A stretch of DNA of 64,000 nucleotides from Antedon mediterranea. Taxonomy: Eukaryota; Animalia; Echinodermata. The position numbers and the translations under genes were made by a program. The stretch covers positions 23,387,237-23,451,236 of the forward strand of contig NC_092672.1 in the NCBI RefSeq assembly GCF_964355755.1. Direction: 5' to 3'. This document shows positions 62,616 through 64,000 of this stretch, piece after piece. The notes beneath the pieces were generated by a model. The model had not been told where the DNA came from. It made no database searches and was given only the letters and a program-made list of their open reading frames with translations. Positions within the stretch are counted from its first letter, which is position 1; each line of letters opens with the position of its first letter.

Positions 62616-64000
62616 ATTATGACAAAGTGCCTGTGTAACTTGGTAACAACAGTTTCTACTAGGCCTACAGTACAATTCCTTAATCTAATAAAACAGTGCA
62701 TGAATCTTATAATGAATTGATGCACATTCATTACACAGGAGGTGGAGGATGGGTAGGGTTAAATGAAATAAGCACAATGGTGGTACTTACCTGACTGAAT
62801 GTTGAATACTGATTGTTGAATGTGTCTCTCCTGGCGGAGGGAAACAACAATTTACAAAAGAATGCCATAACATGTGGAGTAGCGTTTGATTGCTGTTCAC
62901 CAAGTTGTGCGTGTATTATTATAAAATGTATTTTATCAAAATATTAAAACCACTTTAAAAATGAAATAAAAAATGTTTACATAGAACTACATGTAATACA
63001 CAAAAACACAAAACAGTGATATTTATTAGGGCGTCATCCTTTCACCCACTAACAAGTTTTACAATAACAAACCTTTTTTCTCATACTCTCTCTTTGATTT
63101 TGATTGATGGCCGGATGGGCACCGACTGATAATTTTAAAAACGAAAATTTGTTTTAAGATTAAAATTTACATTTCCATCTGATAATTAAGACACTGTCTA
63201 AAGGTTAAAACATTGAAGTATATATAAGTAAACAAAGATTTTGGTTAAGTTTAATTTAGTAGTCAAACCATTATTTATCCAACGAGAGTTGGGGGACAAA
63301 CAAACGTAACCCGAATCCTAGATTTCCAACTTTCAAAACATAACAAATATTCTTGTGGTTAAACTGTTGTTATGTTTGGTAATGTATTACATTATTGAAT
63401 GCTATATTAGTGGTTAATTGTTGTTATAAATGTGTCATTTTAACAGAACAAATACTAAGAGATACATTATAGCATTTATGTTATAAGACTTCAGTTAATA
63501 GTCCTATTTTGATATTTATGTCTTTTTTGCTTTCATTAATTCTAAAAGCAAGTAATATAATTTAAAATACAAATTGCAGAGTTGTAAAATAAATGTTTCA
63601 AACATGCAGTTGCAAATAAAAAAAAGGCAAATTACTAAAAATAATGACAATGCTGTGGGTGGCTGGATCTCAATGGAAATAAAGTAAGCAAAAAGCTAAA
63701 TCAAAACGATAAAGTAAAAGTTAAAACAGCCAGACATTTTAATATAGATATCTTCTCTATTGTTTGTGTGTAAATGGACATTTATTTATGTTTTGTTAAT
63801 ATTTTTTAATTATATGTCAGTCACATATTTTCCATCCTCGTTTTTGGTGTAGGACATTAAAACTGCATTCATTGTCATGTTTTCTGAGCTTTCAAAGCCT
63901 GTTCTTTAATATCAGTTCAAACTGGAGAACAACAACCTGGTTGAATATTCTAGCACTCTAATATTGTTCAATGTTTTTAATGTCTTGATTTGTGGTGAAA

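Noticed and set aside
63650-63690. Possible further ankyrin exon remnant (CCGWLDLNGNK|gtaagc)
   Set aside because: No acceptor, no TxLH motif and wrong spacing; likely chance.

Overview
AT-rich, intron- and transposon-dominated animal genomic DNA (no prokaryotic features; a Deu/Nin-domain-like SINE suggests an invertebrate animal, by inference). Nearly all listed ORFs are spurious. The host-gene signal is a + strand series of 99-nt, phase-0/0 exons that each encode exactly one 33-aa ankyrin repeat: five intact (6355, 32788, 41891, 48854, 58018) and two dead (13838, split by a MITE; 22240, 5'-truncated). They sit in recent multi-kb segmental duplications (A1..B1, exonless A', A2-B2). Paralogous exons differ almost only by amino-acid-changing substitutions at ankyrin target-contact positions, while distal flanks are nearly identical. 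This suggests a birth-and-death, diversifying ankyrin-repeat gene, possibly a recognition receptor. The window also holds a foldback element built from a DIRS gag 5' end, a DIRS pol relic, and many insertions whose filled and empty sites can be compared between duplicates (5.15-kb TIR element, hAT-like element, solo LTR, SINE, Helentron-like element). The gene's start, end and other domains are not visible here.
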